64,000 nt of DNA from Anaerolineae bacterium. GTDB taxonomy: Bacteria > Chloroflexota > Anaerolineae > Aggregatilineales > Phototrophicaceae. Position 1 is the first letter of the stretch. Every line of letters starts with the position of its first letter. Shown one piece after another: positions 20,913 to 30,876 of the stretch. The position numbers were made by a program, and so were the translations under genes. The notes beneath the pieces are model-generated. The model searched no databases and had not been told where the DNA came from. It saw only the letters and a list, made by a program, of their open reading frames with translations. The stretch is from assembly GCA_046328615.1 (NCBI GenBank), contig JAXLWG010000019.1, positions 25,528 to 89,527 on the forward strand, given 5' to 3'.

Positions 20913-21965
20913 ATGCTGTCTCATCTCCGCCTGCCTTGGCAGGAACACGCGGCGCAGCGCGATGCTGTTTTGGTTGTGCTGCTCGCAGGCTTGTGGGTTT
21001 TTGTCTATTCCAATCTCCAAGCAGTCGCCGATTGGCTCACATACACGCTCCTCGGACTAGACCCCGAAAGTCACCTCGGCACCGCTCTTAATTTCTTCCT
21101 GTACGATGTGCCGAAAATCCTGCTGCTGCTCTCTGGCATGATCTTCCTGATCACGCTTCTGCGAACATTCGTCACGCCTGAACAAACGCGGCGGCTTCTA
21201 GGCGGTAAGCGCGAGGGAGTCGGTAACATTCTGGCAGCGCTGGTCGGCGTTATCACACCGTTCTGCTCGTGCTCCGCTGTACCGCTGTTCATTGGATTTG
21301 TCGAGTCTGGAATCCCTTTGGGTGTCACACTGTCCTTTTTGATCGCAGCGCCAATGGTCAACGAGGTCGCGCTTGTGATGCTGATGGGAATGTTCGGCGC
21401 AAGCATCGCGGCGCTGTACCTAGTGTCTGGGTTGGTCGTCGCCATCGTTGCAGGCGTGATCATCGGGCGGTTGCATCTGGAGAATGAGGTTGAAGCCTTT
21501 GTGTATCAGGTGAAATCTAAAAAAATAGGACAGCTTGATACCAAACTTACATGGTCAGATCGTGTTCAGGAAGCCATTGACAAGACCCGTGAAATTGTCG
21601 GCAAAGTTTGGCTGTTCGTCGTCATCGGGATCGCGCTGGGGGCTTTTCTGCATGGATTTGTCCCTGAAGACGCCCTCGTCAATATCATGGGAGCTAATGC
21701 GTGGTGGTCGGTTCCGATTGCCGTCCTAATCGGTGTACCGCTTTACTCCAACGCCGCCGGGGTGATGCCAGTCGTCAGTGTCCTGCTCGACAAGGGCGCA
21801 GCGTTAGGGACGGTGCTGGCCTTCATGATGTCTGTCGTCGCCCTGAGTTTGCCGGAAATGATCATTCTGCGCCGTGTCCTGAAACCGCGTTTGATTGCAG
21901 TCTATATTGGGGTTGTAGCATTCGGCATCATGTTGACCGGATATTTGTTTAATCTTGTCATCTGA
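20913..21965 (+). CDS. ArsP/DUF318 family permease
   Basis: TPFCSCSAVPLF, PMVNE, GVPLYSNAAG, ALSLPE motifs; many TM helices. Confidence 0.92.
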   Translation: MLSHLRLPWQEHAAQRDAVLVVLLAGLWVFVYSNLQAVADWLTYTLLGLDPESHLGTALNFFLYDVPKILLLLSGMIFLITLLRTFVTPEQTRRLLGGKREGVGNILAALVGVITPFCSCSAVPLFIGFVESGIPLGVTLSFLIAAPMVNEVALVMLMGMFGASIAALYLVSGLVVAIVAGVIIGRLHLENEVEAFVYQVKSKKIGQLDTKLTWSDRVQEAIDKTREIVGKVWLFVVIGIALGAFLHGFVPEDALVNIMGANAWWSVPIAVLIGVPLYSNAAGVMPVVSVLLDKGAALGTVLAFMMSVVALSLPEMIILRRVLKPRLIAVYIGVVAFGIMLTGYLFNLVI

Positions 21966-21989
21966 ACTAGCGGTCAAATCTCTAAAAAC

Positions 21990-22010
21990 GGGCGAGGGGC
22001 GCCTCGCCCC
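21990..22010 (+). terminator. GC-rich hairpin after the permease gene
   Basis: GGGCGAGG-GGCG-CCTCGCCC inverted repeat. Confidence 0.45.
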
Positions 22011-22100
22011 TTGACTTTGGCGTCCGGGGAAGCATTGGCAACGGTGGTGAGGCTCCTCATCGAAGCGCCTGCGCTGATCGGACTTGTCCCTCTGGCTAGG
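22011..22100 (+). pseudogene. acr3: Scar of the 3' end of an acr3 arsenite exporter
   Basis: Manual translation gives LTLASGEALATVVRLLIEAPALIGLV, matching the Acr3 C-terminal SG.ALA.VVG.L.EVP.LI.LV motif. Confidence 0.6.
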
Positions 22101-22149
22101 ACGCCGCCTTTATCCTAGGGATTCGCAAACGCCCTCCGCTACATAACGC

Positions 22150-23814
22150 TCACTTTTCCGCTATTTCCAACCTGATCAACCGCCTGTACTGCAATTGGTA
22201 CACCTCGTTCATATGATCGAGCAGCACCCGTCGATGTGTAAACATCAGCAGGCTTTTCCCCTGTGTTGCGCCGAAAATCGATTCCAGCACGGCACGCTCG
22301 GTGATCACGTCGAGGTTCGCTGTCGGTTCATCGAGGATGAGGATCGGCGCGTCCTTGAGCAGCACTCGCGCCAAGGCGATGCGCTGGCGTTCGCCACCGC
22401 TCAACTGGTATCCATCTTCGCCTACGATCGTATCGTACCCCAGTGGGAGCGAGAGAATAAAATCATGAATTTGCGCCTGCTGCGCCGCAATTTCGACTTC
22501 GTCAAGCGATGCGCTGGTGCGGGCGATGTGTATATTGTCGCGGATGGTGGTATTGAACAGATGCGTGCGCTGCGACATCACCCCCAAAACCGCGCGGACA
22601 TCCTCCTGCGCATATTCCCGCAGTTCATGATCGCCCAAGCGGATCGATCCTTCGTTGTAATCCCAGAAGCGCAGCAGCAGAGTCACCAGCGTAGACTTCC
22701 CCGATCCGCTCTCGCCGAGGATGGCGATCCGCTGCCCCGGCGCTAAGGTCAGCGAGACATTGTCGAGTACCGGTGGGCTATCTGGTGCATAGCGAAAGCT
22801 CACCCGGCTGAGGCTCAGCATCGGTGATGCAGAAATCGGTGCTGAGGCAGCAGGCGGATCGTTCACAGCGGGCGGCAGATCGCCGATCTCGAACAGTCGA
22901 GCGGCGGCGCTGCGTGCTGCCCCAAGCTGAAGGGCAGCCTGCGAGAGCGGCATGAACGCTTCAAATACCGCTATCGTCGCCAACGTCACGGTTGCGAGAA
23001 ACACGCCATCAATGCGCGGCACAGCCGCCGCCAGCACGATCACTGCCGCGCCGTTGGTGAACAAGGCCATCAGCGCAGCTTGCAGGGCATCGATACGGCT
23101 AATCTGCCGTTCCGCCTGCGCCACTTTCGCGCTGAGTTTCGCGATCTGCTGCTGTTGCGCGCGCTGCTGCCCGTACACGAGCGTTTCCGCCATGCCCTGC
23201 ACCGCATCGACCAGCGCTGCATTCAGGTCAGCACGTGCCTGCACCCGCTGAGCGCCTGCCCTTCCACCGGCGAACACCGTCAGAAGCGGCAGCACGATCC
23301 CTGCCGCTAGCATAAATGCCAACGCAACAGCGGCAATCAGCGGATCGAATGCGCACAAAAACAGGGTGAGCAGCACAACCGTTATCAGCGCGGTGAGCGG
23401 CGGCCCTGCGCCTCGCAGCAGAAGACTTTGCAGGCTTTCGATGTCGCTGACCGCGCGGCTGAGCAAATCGCCGCTGCGCCGAGAAGTCAACCGGGCAGGT
23501 GCCAGCGGTTCGATCCGCTGATAGAAGGCGACGCGCATCTCGGCGAGCAGGCGAAACGTGGTTTCGTGCGAGACAAGCCGTTCGAGATAGCGAAACACCG
23601 CGCGAGCGATGCCGAAAAAACGCACCCCCACTACCGCGACACTGAGTTCCGCGATCGAAGGCTGCAAACTGGCGGTCGAAATCAACCATGCCGAAAGAGC
23701 CATTAAGCTGATGCTGCTGACGATCGTCAGTGTGCCGAGCAGGATCGCGAGCAGCACGCCGCGCCAGAACGGAAGGAGCAATTTCAGGACACGCACCAGC
23801 GGATCACGAGACAA
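22150..23814 (-). CDS. cydC: Thiol reductant/heme ABC exporter subunit CydC
   Basis: VRFFGIARAVFRYLERLVSH, SGDLLSR, Walker [18 protein letters not shown]; in the cyd operon. Confidence 0.95.
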   Translation of the reverse strand: MSRDPLVRVLKLLLPFWRGVLLAILLGTLTIVSSISLMALSAWLISTASLQPSIAELSVAVVGVRFFGIARAVFRYLERLVSHETTFRLLAEMRVAFYQRIEPLAPARLTSRRSGDLLSRAVSDIESLQSLLLRGAGPPLTALITVVLLTLFLCAFDPLIAAVALAFMLAAGIVLPLLTVFAGGRAGAQRVQARADLNAALVDAVQGMAETLVYGQQRAQQQQIAKLSAKVAQAERQISRIDALQAALMALFTNGAAVIVLAAAVPRIDGVFLATVTLATIAVFEAFMPLSQAALQLGAARSAAARLFEIGDLPPAVNDPPAASAPISASPMLSLSRVSFRYAPDSPPVLDNVSLTLAPGQRIAILGESGSGKSTLVTLLLRFWDYNEGSIRLGDHELREYAQEDVRAVLGVMSQRTHLFNTTIRDNIHIARTSASLDEVEIAAQQAQIHDFILSLPLGYDTIVGEDGYQLSGGERQRIALARVLLKDAPILILDEPTANLDVITERAVLESIFGATQGKSLLMFTHRRVLLDHMNEVYQLQYRRLIRLEIAEK

Positions 23815-25564
23815 GGGTTTCCTCCTCGTGCTGCTGGATCAAACGGCAATAGAGGCCACCGCTCGCCATCAGCGACTCGTGCGTCCCCTGTTCGATCACC
23901 TGCCCCTGTTCAATCACCACAATGTGATCGGCATGCCGCACAGTCGATAAGCGATGCGCGATGAGCAGCACTGTGCGCCCACTCATGAGCGCATCTAAAG
24001 TCTGGATGATTTCCGCTTCGGTGTCAGTATCTAACTGTGAGGTCGGCTCATCGAGGATCAGCAGCGGTGCATCGCGCAAAAATGCCCGTGCCAGCGCGAT
24101 CCGCTGGGCTTGTCCACCGCTCAGGCGCAGTCCACGTTCGCCGCATGGGGTATCGTAGCCCTGCGGAAACTGCATGATAAATCCGTGTGCGTTGGCGCGC
24201 TGCGCCGCCTGAATAATAGTTTGCATCGGCGCATCGGGCTGACTGAAACGAATGTTTTCTGCGATCGTCCCATTGAAAAGATACGGCTGTTGGGACACCC
24301 ACCCGATCTGCCGCCGCCATTCCTCTGGAATGAGGGAGGCGAGATCAACATCATCCACCGTGATACTCCCCCCATCCGGCTCAATGAAACGCAGAAGAAG
24401 CTGAGCGATCGTCGTTTTGCCGCCGCCGCTGGCCCCGATTAAGGCTGTGATTGCTCCCGGCTGAAGCTCAAACGTCACGCCGTTCAGCGCGGGTCGTTTC
24501 CCGGCTTCATAATCGAGGTGTACTTGATCAAACCGAATATACATTCGTGTTGGGATTGGGATCGTATCGGTGAGTCGCATGAGAATCGGTGCGTCTAGCA
24601 CCTGATACAGCCGCTCAGCAGCAGCTTTGCCTTCGGTCGCGTTATGGAAGCGTGCGCCCAAGGTACGCAGCGGTAGGTAGAACTCCGGCGCGATCATGAG
24701 CAGGAATAGGGCGGGCTGAAAACCAATCCTCCCATCAATCAGCCGTACACCGATTTCAACAGCGACGATAGCCACACTCAAGGTCGCCAGTAGTTCAAGC
24801 ATGAAAGCAGACAAGAAGGCCACCCTTAGTACACGCATGGTTGCCTGCCGGAATTCGCTCGTGATCCGTCGGATCGTTTCGGTTTGGTGGGCGCTGCGGT
24901 TGAAGAGCTTAAGCGTGACTAAGCCCTGCATGACATCGAGAAAATGCGCACCGAGCAGCCGCATCTGCGAGAACTGCTGCCTTGCCAGCGAGCCCGCCGC
25001 CATGCCAATCAGCGCCATGAACAGCGGAATCAGCGGTGCAGTAATCAGCAGGATCACAAACGTCAACGCATCGACGGGCAGTACAAACAGCAGAATCAGC
25101 AGTGGTAGGTACAACGCATTGAAGATCGACGGTAGGTACTCATGATAGTAGCCGTCGAGCTTTTCGATGCCATCGGTCAGCGTGAGCGCCAGATCACCGC
25201 TCCGTTCGGTGTGGGTGAAGGCTGGCCCTAAAGCGTGCAGATGTTCGATGGCGCGGGTGAGCAGCGAGTGCTTGATGGTCACTGCCGTACTAGAGGCAGC
25301 CTGCGCGCTGATATACGTGAGGATTGCCCTCGCGATCACCACCCCGGCGGCATCGAGCAGCAGCGGCGATACATCTGCTAAATGCTGCTGTCCACGAAAC
25401 ACCCGATCGATGATGCTGCTGAGGAGAATCGCCTGCCCAATGATCAGTATTCCGGTAATCGCCTGCGCGATTAGGCTGATCAGGAAGGTCGTGCGAGCAG
25501 AACGATGAATGCCTACTTCAGCCATCAAGCGGGCGTCAAGGCTGCGTGTTTTATGGGATGTCAT
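23804..25564 (-). CDS. cydD: Thiol reductant/heme ABC exporter subunit CydD
   Basis: TAPLIPLFMALIG, TMRVLRVAFLS, APEFYLPLR.LG..FH, LSGGQAQR. Confidence 0.95.
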   Translation of the reverse strand: MTSHKTRSLDARLMAEVGIHRSARTTFLISLIAQAITGILIIGQAILLSSIIDRVFRGQQHLADVSPLLLDAAGVVIARAILTYISAQAASSTAVTIKHSLLTRAIEHLHALGPAFTHTERSGDLALTLTDGIEKLDGYYHEYLPSIFNALYLPLLILLFVLPVDALTFVILLITAPLIPLFMALIGMAAGSLARQQFSQMRLLGAHFLDVMQGLVTLKLFNRSAHQTETIRRITSEFRQATMRVLRVAFLSAFMLELLATLSVAIVAVEIGVRLIDGRIGFQPALFLLMIAPEFYLPLRTLGARFHNATEGKAAAERLYQVLDAPILMRLTDTIPIPTRMYIRFDQVHLDYEAGKRPALNGVTFELQPGAITALIGASGGGKTTIAQLLLRFIEPDGGSITVDDVDLASLIPEEWRRQIGWVSQQPYLFNGTIAENIRFSQPDAPMQTIIQAAQRANAHGFIMQFPQGYDTPCGERGLRLSGGQAQRIALARAFLRDAPLLILDEPTSQLDTDTEAEIIQTLDALMSGRTVLLIAHRLSTVRHADHIVVIEQGQVIEQGTHESLMASGGLYCRLIQQHEEETLVS

Positions 25565-25589
25565 TAGGTGGTCATTCGGGCTAGGTGAA

Positions 25590-25635
25590 CAAAAACGCGA
25601 TCTCTGCCCGCAGGGAGTACAGGCAGAGATCGCGT
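25590..25635 (-). terminator. Rho-independent terminator-like hairpin between cydB and cydD
   Basis: Minus strand ACGCGATCTCTGCC-loop-GGCAGAGATCGCGT followed by TTTTT. Confidence 0.7.
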
Positions 25636-25649
25636 CAGTAACCACTTAA

Positions 25650-26663
25650 TTAGTATTCGAGGTGTGCTTCTGCCGTTAGACGTTTACGGAACACCCAGTA
25701 CGACCAAGCTTGATAGAGCAGCACGATCGGCACCATCGTCAGTGCGATCACGGTCATCACTTGCAGCGTATACTGGCTCGACGACGCATTGTAGATCGTC
25801 AGGTCAAAGGCTTCGCCCAGACTGGAGGGCATGACGCGCGGGAACAGCGTCCCGAAAATCAGCGCAACCACGCCGACGATCACGATACCCGTGCTGACGA
25901 AGGACAGTCCCAACCGCTTGTTGAAGATGAAATAACCGGCAGCCAGCAATCCACCGACCGCGAGCACCAATCCACCAATGTTGGCGACGTTGAGCCGCTG
26001 AAGAATATCTGTCTCTGCGAGGCTGTACGCGACGAACGCCACCGCCAGAAGCACGACCGGCAGCCACATTTGACGGGCAGCCTTCGTGACGCGTGCGCGT
26101 ACATCGCCATCGGTTTTCATTTCTAGGAACAACGCACCGTGCAGGATGAACAGAGTCAGCGTGACCAACCCACCAAGCAGCGCGTACGGGTTGAGCAGAT
26201 CGAAGAAACTGCCGACATACGTCATGCTGGCATCAATCGCCACGCCGCGCAGGATGTTGCCGAAGGCGACGCCCCACAGCAGCGCCGGGAGGAAACTGCC
26301 GAGGAAAATTGCGCCATCCCACAGCGCACGCCAGCGCGGGCTGGCATCTTTACTGCGAAACTCGAACGCGACACCGCGTAGAATCAATGCCATCAGGATC
26401 AGGAACAGAGCCAGATAGAAGCCGCTGAACAGCGTTGCGTACCAGTTGGGGAACGCGGCGAACATCGCGCCGCCTGCCGTGAGTAGCCACACTTCGTTGC
26501 CATCCCACACCGGGCCAATCGCGTTAATGACCAAGCGCCGTTCCCCATCACTTTTGCCGACAAACGGGAGCAGAATGCCCACACCATAATCGAAGCCTTC
26601 CAGAAAGAGGAAGCCAGTGAACAGCACCGCAATTAGAATAAACCACAGGGTTTGCAGATCCAT
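25650..26663 (-). CDS. cydB: Cytochrome bd ubiquinol oxidase subunit II
   Basis: LEGFDYGVG, GPVWDGNEVWL, RGVAFEFR, YNASSSQYTL; RBS AAGGAGG. Confidence 0.97.
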   Translation of the reverse strand: MDLQTLWFILIAVLFTGFLFLEGFDYGVGILLPFVGKSDGERRLVINAIGPVWDGNEVWLLTAGGAMFAAFPNWYATLFSGFYLALFLILMALILRGVAFEFRSKDASPRWRALWDGAIFLGSFLPALLWGVAFGNILRGVAIDASMTYVGSFFDLLNPYALLGGLVTLTLFILHGALFLEMKTDGDVRARVTKAARQMWLPVVLLAVAFVAYSLAETDILQRLNVANIGGLVLAVGGLLAAGYFIFNKRLGLSFVSTGIVIVGVVALIFGTLFPRVMPSSLGEAFDLTIYNASSSQYTLQVMTVIALTMVPIVLLYQAWSYWVFRKRLTAEAHLEY

Positions 26664-26675
26664 GATCATCCTCCT

Positions 26676-28100
26676 TTAGTAAGCACCCTTGTACTGCGAG
26701 GTCGATTTAGGGGTTGCTGGCACATCCGGGGAGCCATTCCAAGGGATAGGGGTATTTCCATCCATGTCCTGACGTGCGAATTTTTGCAGCAGGTAAATAT
26801 CTGCCACCATCAATGCGCCGTACAGCAGCGTAAACCCGATTAGCGAGATCAACAGCATCTCCGGTGTAACATTAGGAGAAACGGCCTGATCGATCGTCAT
26901 CAACCCTTGAACGATCCACGGCTGGCGGCCCACTTCAGTGAGCATCCACCCAGTGCTGTTCGCTAGATAGGGTAAGAAAATTGCGAGCATGAAAACGCGC
27001 AGCAGCCACTTGGCTTTGCCCGCTGCGAATTTTCCACTCAGGAACCAGCCTGCGATCCCCAATACGAACATCAACACGCCAGCGCCGACCATTGCACGGA
27101 AGCTCAATACGTGAGCCAGATGGCCGGAGGCACATAATCACCGGGGCCGTACTGCTGCTCGTACTGCGCCTGCAAGTCGTTGATCCCCTGTACCATCCCA
27201 TTCGGCGTGTTGTACGACAGGAAACTGAGGAGCGAGGGAATGCGAATGTTGATTGATGACGTGCGATCCGCTTCATTGCCGATCTGGAACATCGACAGTC
27301 CTGCTGGATCTTCGGCGTTCCATAAGCCTTCAACAGAAGCGAGCTTCATCGGTTGATCGTCGGCCATCTGCTGACCTACAGGGCAACGATCATCGTTGCC
27401 AACACGGCAACCGTCCCGACCACTGATGCGATCCGCGCCGAAGCCATGAAGGATCACGGTTTTCTGACTGCGCAGCAGGTGGAAGCGCTAATCCCAGAAC
27501 GAAGAATGCCGCCGTTGTCAGACCACCGAGCGCGACATGCGGAGATTTCAAGCCACACATGCGGGTTACGGATAAGCGCGAAAAAGTCGGTCATCTGCGC
27601 GCGCCCGTTGACGATCTCATAGCCAACGGGGTGCACCATCGGTTTCAGGTGGCAACCAGAATCCAAAAGGCAGAAACATTCGATGACAACGCCACCAGCC
27701 AAATCGATAGGAGATGCACCCGTTTGGGGAGCTTATCCCAGCCAAAGATCCAGACGCCCAAAAAGGTCGATTCGATGAAGAAGGCGACCAGCGCTTCGAC
27801 CGCCAGCGGCGCGCCGAAAATATCGCCGACAAAGCGCGAGTATTCCGACCAGTTCATACCGAACTGAAATTCCTGCACAATCCCCGTAACCACGCCCATG
27901 GCAAAGTTGATGAGCAGCAGTTTGCCCCAGAATTTCGCCATCTGCTTGTATTTTTCGTCGCTGCGCAGACAGTACAGGGTTTGCATCACCGCAACGAGGA
28001 TCGAGAGACCCAAGCTTAAGGGGACAAAAAAGAAATGATAGACCGTGGTAATGCCAAATTGCAGTTGTGCCAGAGTGAGGGCATCCATAGAGTGATCCAT
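26676..28100 (-). pseudogene. cydA: Cytochrome bd oxidase subunit I, split by several frameshifts (likely sequence errors)
   Basis: Pieces in different frames: [58 protein letters not shown]. Confidence 0.92.
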
Positions 28101-28158
28101 TCTATAACTATCTCCCCAGTCCATATGAAATGAGAGAGCACGGTTGCACTGGGGGACT

Positions 28159-28176
28159 TTGTGAGAATTTTTACAG
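28159..28176. promoter_or_regulatory. Rex-like operator upstream of cydA
   Basis: TTGTGAGAATTTTTACAG matches 11 of 14 defined positions of the Rex consensus TTGTGAANNNNTTCACAA. Confidence 0.5.
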
Positions 28177-28397
28177 ACATGCGGCTCAGTGTACTGCGCC
28201 GTTTACACCGGATACATACGCCAATCTACTTATGGAGTCTTATGCATGTATAAACACATATACTTCTTGTCGTTGTACAACTATAGTGCGCATATGATCA
28301 CTAAAGTATGCGATTTATGCGATATGATCTTCATCACTTTCACACTTTAGTGCGCGTCCCTATACTTCCGTTGTCCTAACCATGAGCAATATCAGGA

Positions 28398-29018
28398 TTG
28401 AGTATGACAGATCCATCAGCGAATGAACCCGAGAAACGAGCTCAGCAGATTGTTGGTCAGCGCGTGCGGGTACTACGTGAACAGCGTGGTCTCTCTTTGC
28501 GGGGGCTGGCAGAGCGCTGTGGATTATCCAGCAATGCGATTAGTAAGATCGAGCGAGGTGAAAACTCCCCCACGGTGGCATCGCTGCATCTTTTAGCGAC
28601 GGCGCTGAATGTCCCTATCACCGCATTTTTTCAGGAAGGTTCCGCTCAAAGTGTGGTCGTCGTCAAACGAGGCCAGCGATCAGGTGGCATTCACAGCGAA
28701 CCCATGCTAGAGAGCTTGGGCAACGGACTTCGCAATCAACAGCTAGAACCCTTCTTACTCACTATTTCCGCACAAGCCGGAGGCGATGCACGTCCCATCA
28801 CACATGTTGGGCAAGAATTCGTCTACTGTTTGCAAGGGGAGGCTCACTATGAAATCGCAGGTGAACGCTATCTACTTGAGCCGGGGGACAGCCTACTTTT
28901 TGAGGCCGATCAACCTCATCGCTGCCTCAATTTGACCGATACTCCTGCGGTAATTCTGCTGGTCTTTCAATCACGCGAAGCGGCACAAGTTACAAATCAC
29001 GCGCACACTGAACTCTAG
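28398..29018 (+). CDS. XRE-family HTH regulator with cupin sensor domain
   Basis: LSLRGLAERCGLSSNAISKIERGENSPTV; cupin motifs H.GQEF.Y, GDSL.F.ADQPH. Confidence 0.92.
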   Translation: MSMTDPSANEPEKRAQQIVGQRVRVLREQRGLSLRGLAERCGLSSNAISKIERGENSPTVASLHLLATALNVPITAFFQEGSAQSVVVVKRGQRSGGIHSEPMLESLGNGLRNQQLEPFLLTISAQAGGDARPITHVGQEFVYCLQGEAHYEIAGERYLLEPGDSLLFEADQPHRCLNLTDTPAVILLVFQSREAAQVTNHAHTEL

Positions 29019-29158
29019 CCGATCACCGCAGCCGTTTTGAATATGCATAAGCCATCCTTATACCTGTACATTAGGACTCGGCTGTACCCACACAGAGCCA
29101 CGTTTCACTATCTTTAAGTGAAGAAGTTTTTTGAAGTCCCAAAACAACAAGTGACATC

Positions 29159-29731
29159 ATGAGCACTCGCACAAACTCCAAATCCGTAACGAACCGCCGC
29201 AGCCACAAAAGCTCGAATCCCGCCTCGATCGTGTGGGTCATGATTGGCATGATGGTTCTAAGCCTCATGGTCGTCTTCGCATCCATGCGCCAAGATACAG
29301 GGGTGGGATCGACGCCTGATTTCACGGCGTCCACACTGTCCGGCGATACCGTCCACCTGAGCAGCTATCGAGGCCAAGTGGTGATGCTTAATTTCTGGGC
29401 GACTTGGTGCCCGCCCTGCCGCGCCGAAATGCCAAGTATCGAAGCCGCCTACGAACGTTACCAATCGCAGGGATTTATCGTTCTGGCGCTCAATAACGGT
29501 GAAAGCGCGCAGCAGATTTCCCCATTCGCGTCTATGCTGGGGCTGCGTTTTCCGGTCGTGCTGGATACCGATATGCACTTGCAGTCGGCGTTTGCCATTC
29601 AGGGCTATCCCACCAGTCTATTCATCGGACGTGACGGTCAAGTCTATGCAACCCACAGCGGTGGACTCACTCCCTCTCAGCTTACCCAATACATCGAAAC
29701 CGGATTGGCGCAACCTGCTCCGAACACCTAA
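29159..29731 (+). CDS. TlpA/ResA-like thiol:disulfide oxidoreductase
   Basis: N-terminal TM helix; NFWATWCPPCRAEMP; GYPTS. Confidence 0.93.
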   Translation: MSTRTNSKSVTNRRSHKSSNPASIVWVMIGMMVLSLMVVFASMRQDTGVGSTPDFTASTLSGDTVHLSSYRGQVVMLNFWATWCPPCRAEMPSIEAAYERYQSQGFIVLALNNGESAQQISPFASMLGLRFPVVLDTDMHLQSAFAIQGYPTSLFIGRDGQVYATHSGGLTPSQLTQYIETGLAQPAPNT

Positions 29732-29966
29732 CCACTATTTCCACTGACGATACTATCTCGCGCTGTATTGACATAGGCTCATATTTCAGCTTGTGCTTGC
29801 ATCTCCGCTTCGCAGAACTTCAAGGCGAGTCAGCAGATTGTCCATCCACTGATGGTGAGCGTTGCAGACACAAATGCGCTCCAACCCATCGCAGAAGAAG
29901 CCCATGATCGTTTAAGCCGCGCACTTGTAACCCTACAAGCACACCCCTGTTGCTCGTCATCCAGAC

Positions 29967-30019
29967 ACACAACCACGACATGCCGCGCACATCACTTCTA
30001 CACATCTTCGCCTTATCGT
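29967..30019 (+). promoter_or_regulatory. Promoter A: four 11-bp direct repeats plus a -10-like hexamer (putative OmpR-type binding site)
   Basis: ACACAACCACG ACATGCCGCGC ACATCACTTCT ACACATCTTCG cct TATCGT; homologous to 30783-30835. Confidence 0.7.
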
Positions 30020-30059
30020 AGGGACAGTTTGACAGGTTCTACGATAGAGGAGTAACCCC

Positions 30060-30692
30060 ATGAACACGAAACGATATTTCATCATCGTTCTGGCGCTGAC
30101 GGCGATTTTTGCCCTCAGCATTTCGACAGCGGCGGCGCAAAGTGGAAACGGGAACGGCGGCACGGGCGGCGGAGTCGGTGGCGGACAGGGAAACGGTTAT
30201 CAGGGTGGACGGAACGGTGACGCACCGCGCGGGAATACCAATGCTACGATGAACGGCGGTGGTTTCATGCTCAATCTGCCGCCTACCTCAGCAACCGTGC
30301 TGCCTGACGACGTGATCGACCTGATGATCGACGGGTGGACGGATGAACAGCACGCTTACGCGGTCTACCAAGCGGTGATCGACCAATTCGGCGCGCTACG
30401 CCCGTTCTCGAATATTCAGCAGAGTGAAGCACAACATATCACCGCGTGGGAGACGCTGTTCGCCCGTTACGGGATCGCTGTGCCGGAAATTCCTACGTTC
30501 GATCTGCCGTCATTCACCATCGTGAGCGAAGCGTGTTCGGTGGGCGCAGCGGCGGAAATTGCCAACTTCGATCTCTACGACACGATGCTTGCAACTTTCG
30601 AAGCATACCCCGATCTGTTGTATGTGGCACAAAATCTGCGCGATGCGTCAGAATTCAGCCACCTCCCCGCCTTCGAGAACTGCGCGGGCTAG
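30060..30692 (+). CDS. Secreted DUF2202 / ferritin-like domain protein
   Basis: Signal peptide, Gly-rich linker, DE..A..VY, PFSNIQQSEAQH, GAAAEIANF..Y, L..AS...HLPAF (di-iron ExxH-type motifs). Confidence 0.82.
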   Translation: MNTKRYFIIVLALTAIFALSISTAAAQSGNGNGGTGGGVGGGQGNGYQGGRNGDAPRGNTNATMNGGGFMLNLPPTSATVLPDDVIDLMIDGWTDEQHAYAVYQAVIDQFGALRPFSNIQQSEAQHITAWETLFARYGIAVPEIPTFDLPSFTIVSEACSVGAAAEIANFDLYDTMLATFEAYPDLLYVAQNLRDASEFSHLPAFENCAG

Positions 30693-30710
30693 AGCAAAAC
30701 AAGTACATTC

Positions 30711-30775
30711 ACCGCAGAGAACGCGAAGAGCGCAGAGGGAAAACCATCCTCTGCGCTTTTTGCGTGTGCTGTGGT
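30711..30775. repeat. REP-like imperfect stem-loop
   Basis: ACCGCAG..ACGCGAAGAGCGCAGAGG-loop-CCTCTGCGCTTTTTGCGT..CTGTGGT. Confidence 0.6.
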
Positions 30776-30782
30776 TCACGCT

Positions 30783-30835
30783 ACACAACCACGACATGCG
30801 ACCCACACAACCTCTACACAACTTCCCGGCATCCT
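30783..30835 (+). promoter_or_regulatory. Promoter B: four 11-bp direct repeats plus a -10-like hexamer
   Basis: ACACAACCACG ACATGCGACCC ACACAACCTCT ACACAACTTCC cgg CATCCT; first 17 bp identical to promoter A. Confidence 0.7.
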
Positions 30836-30876
30836 AAGCGCATTGAACAAGAACTTAGCGAACAAGGATGCACATC

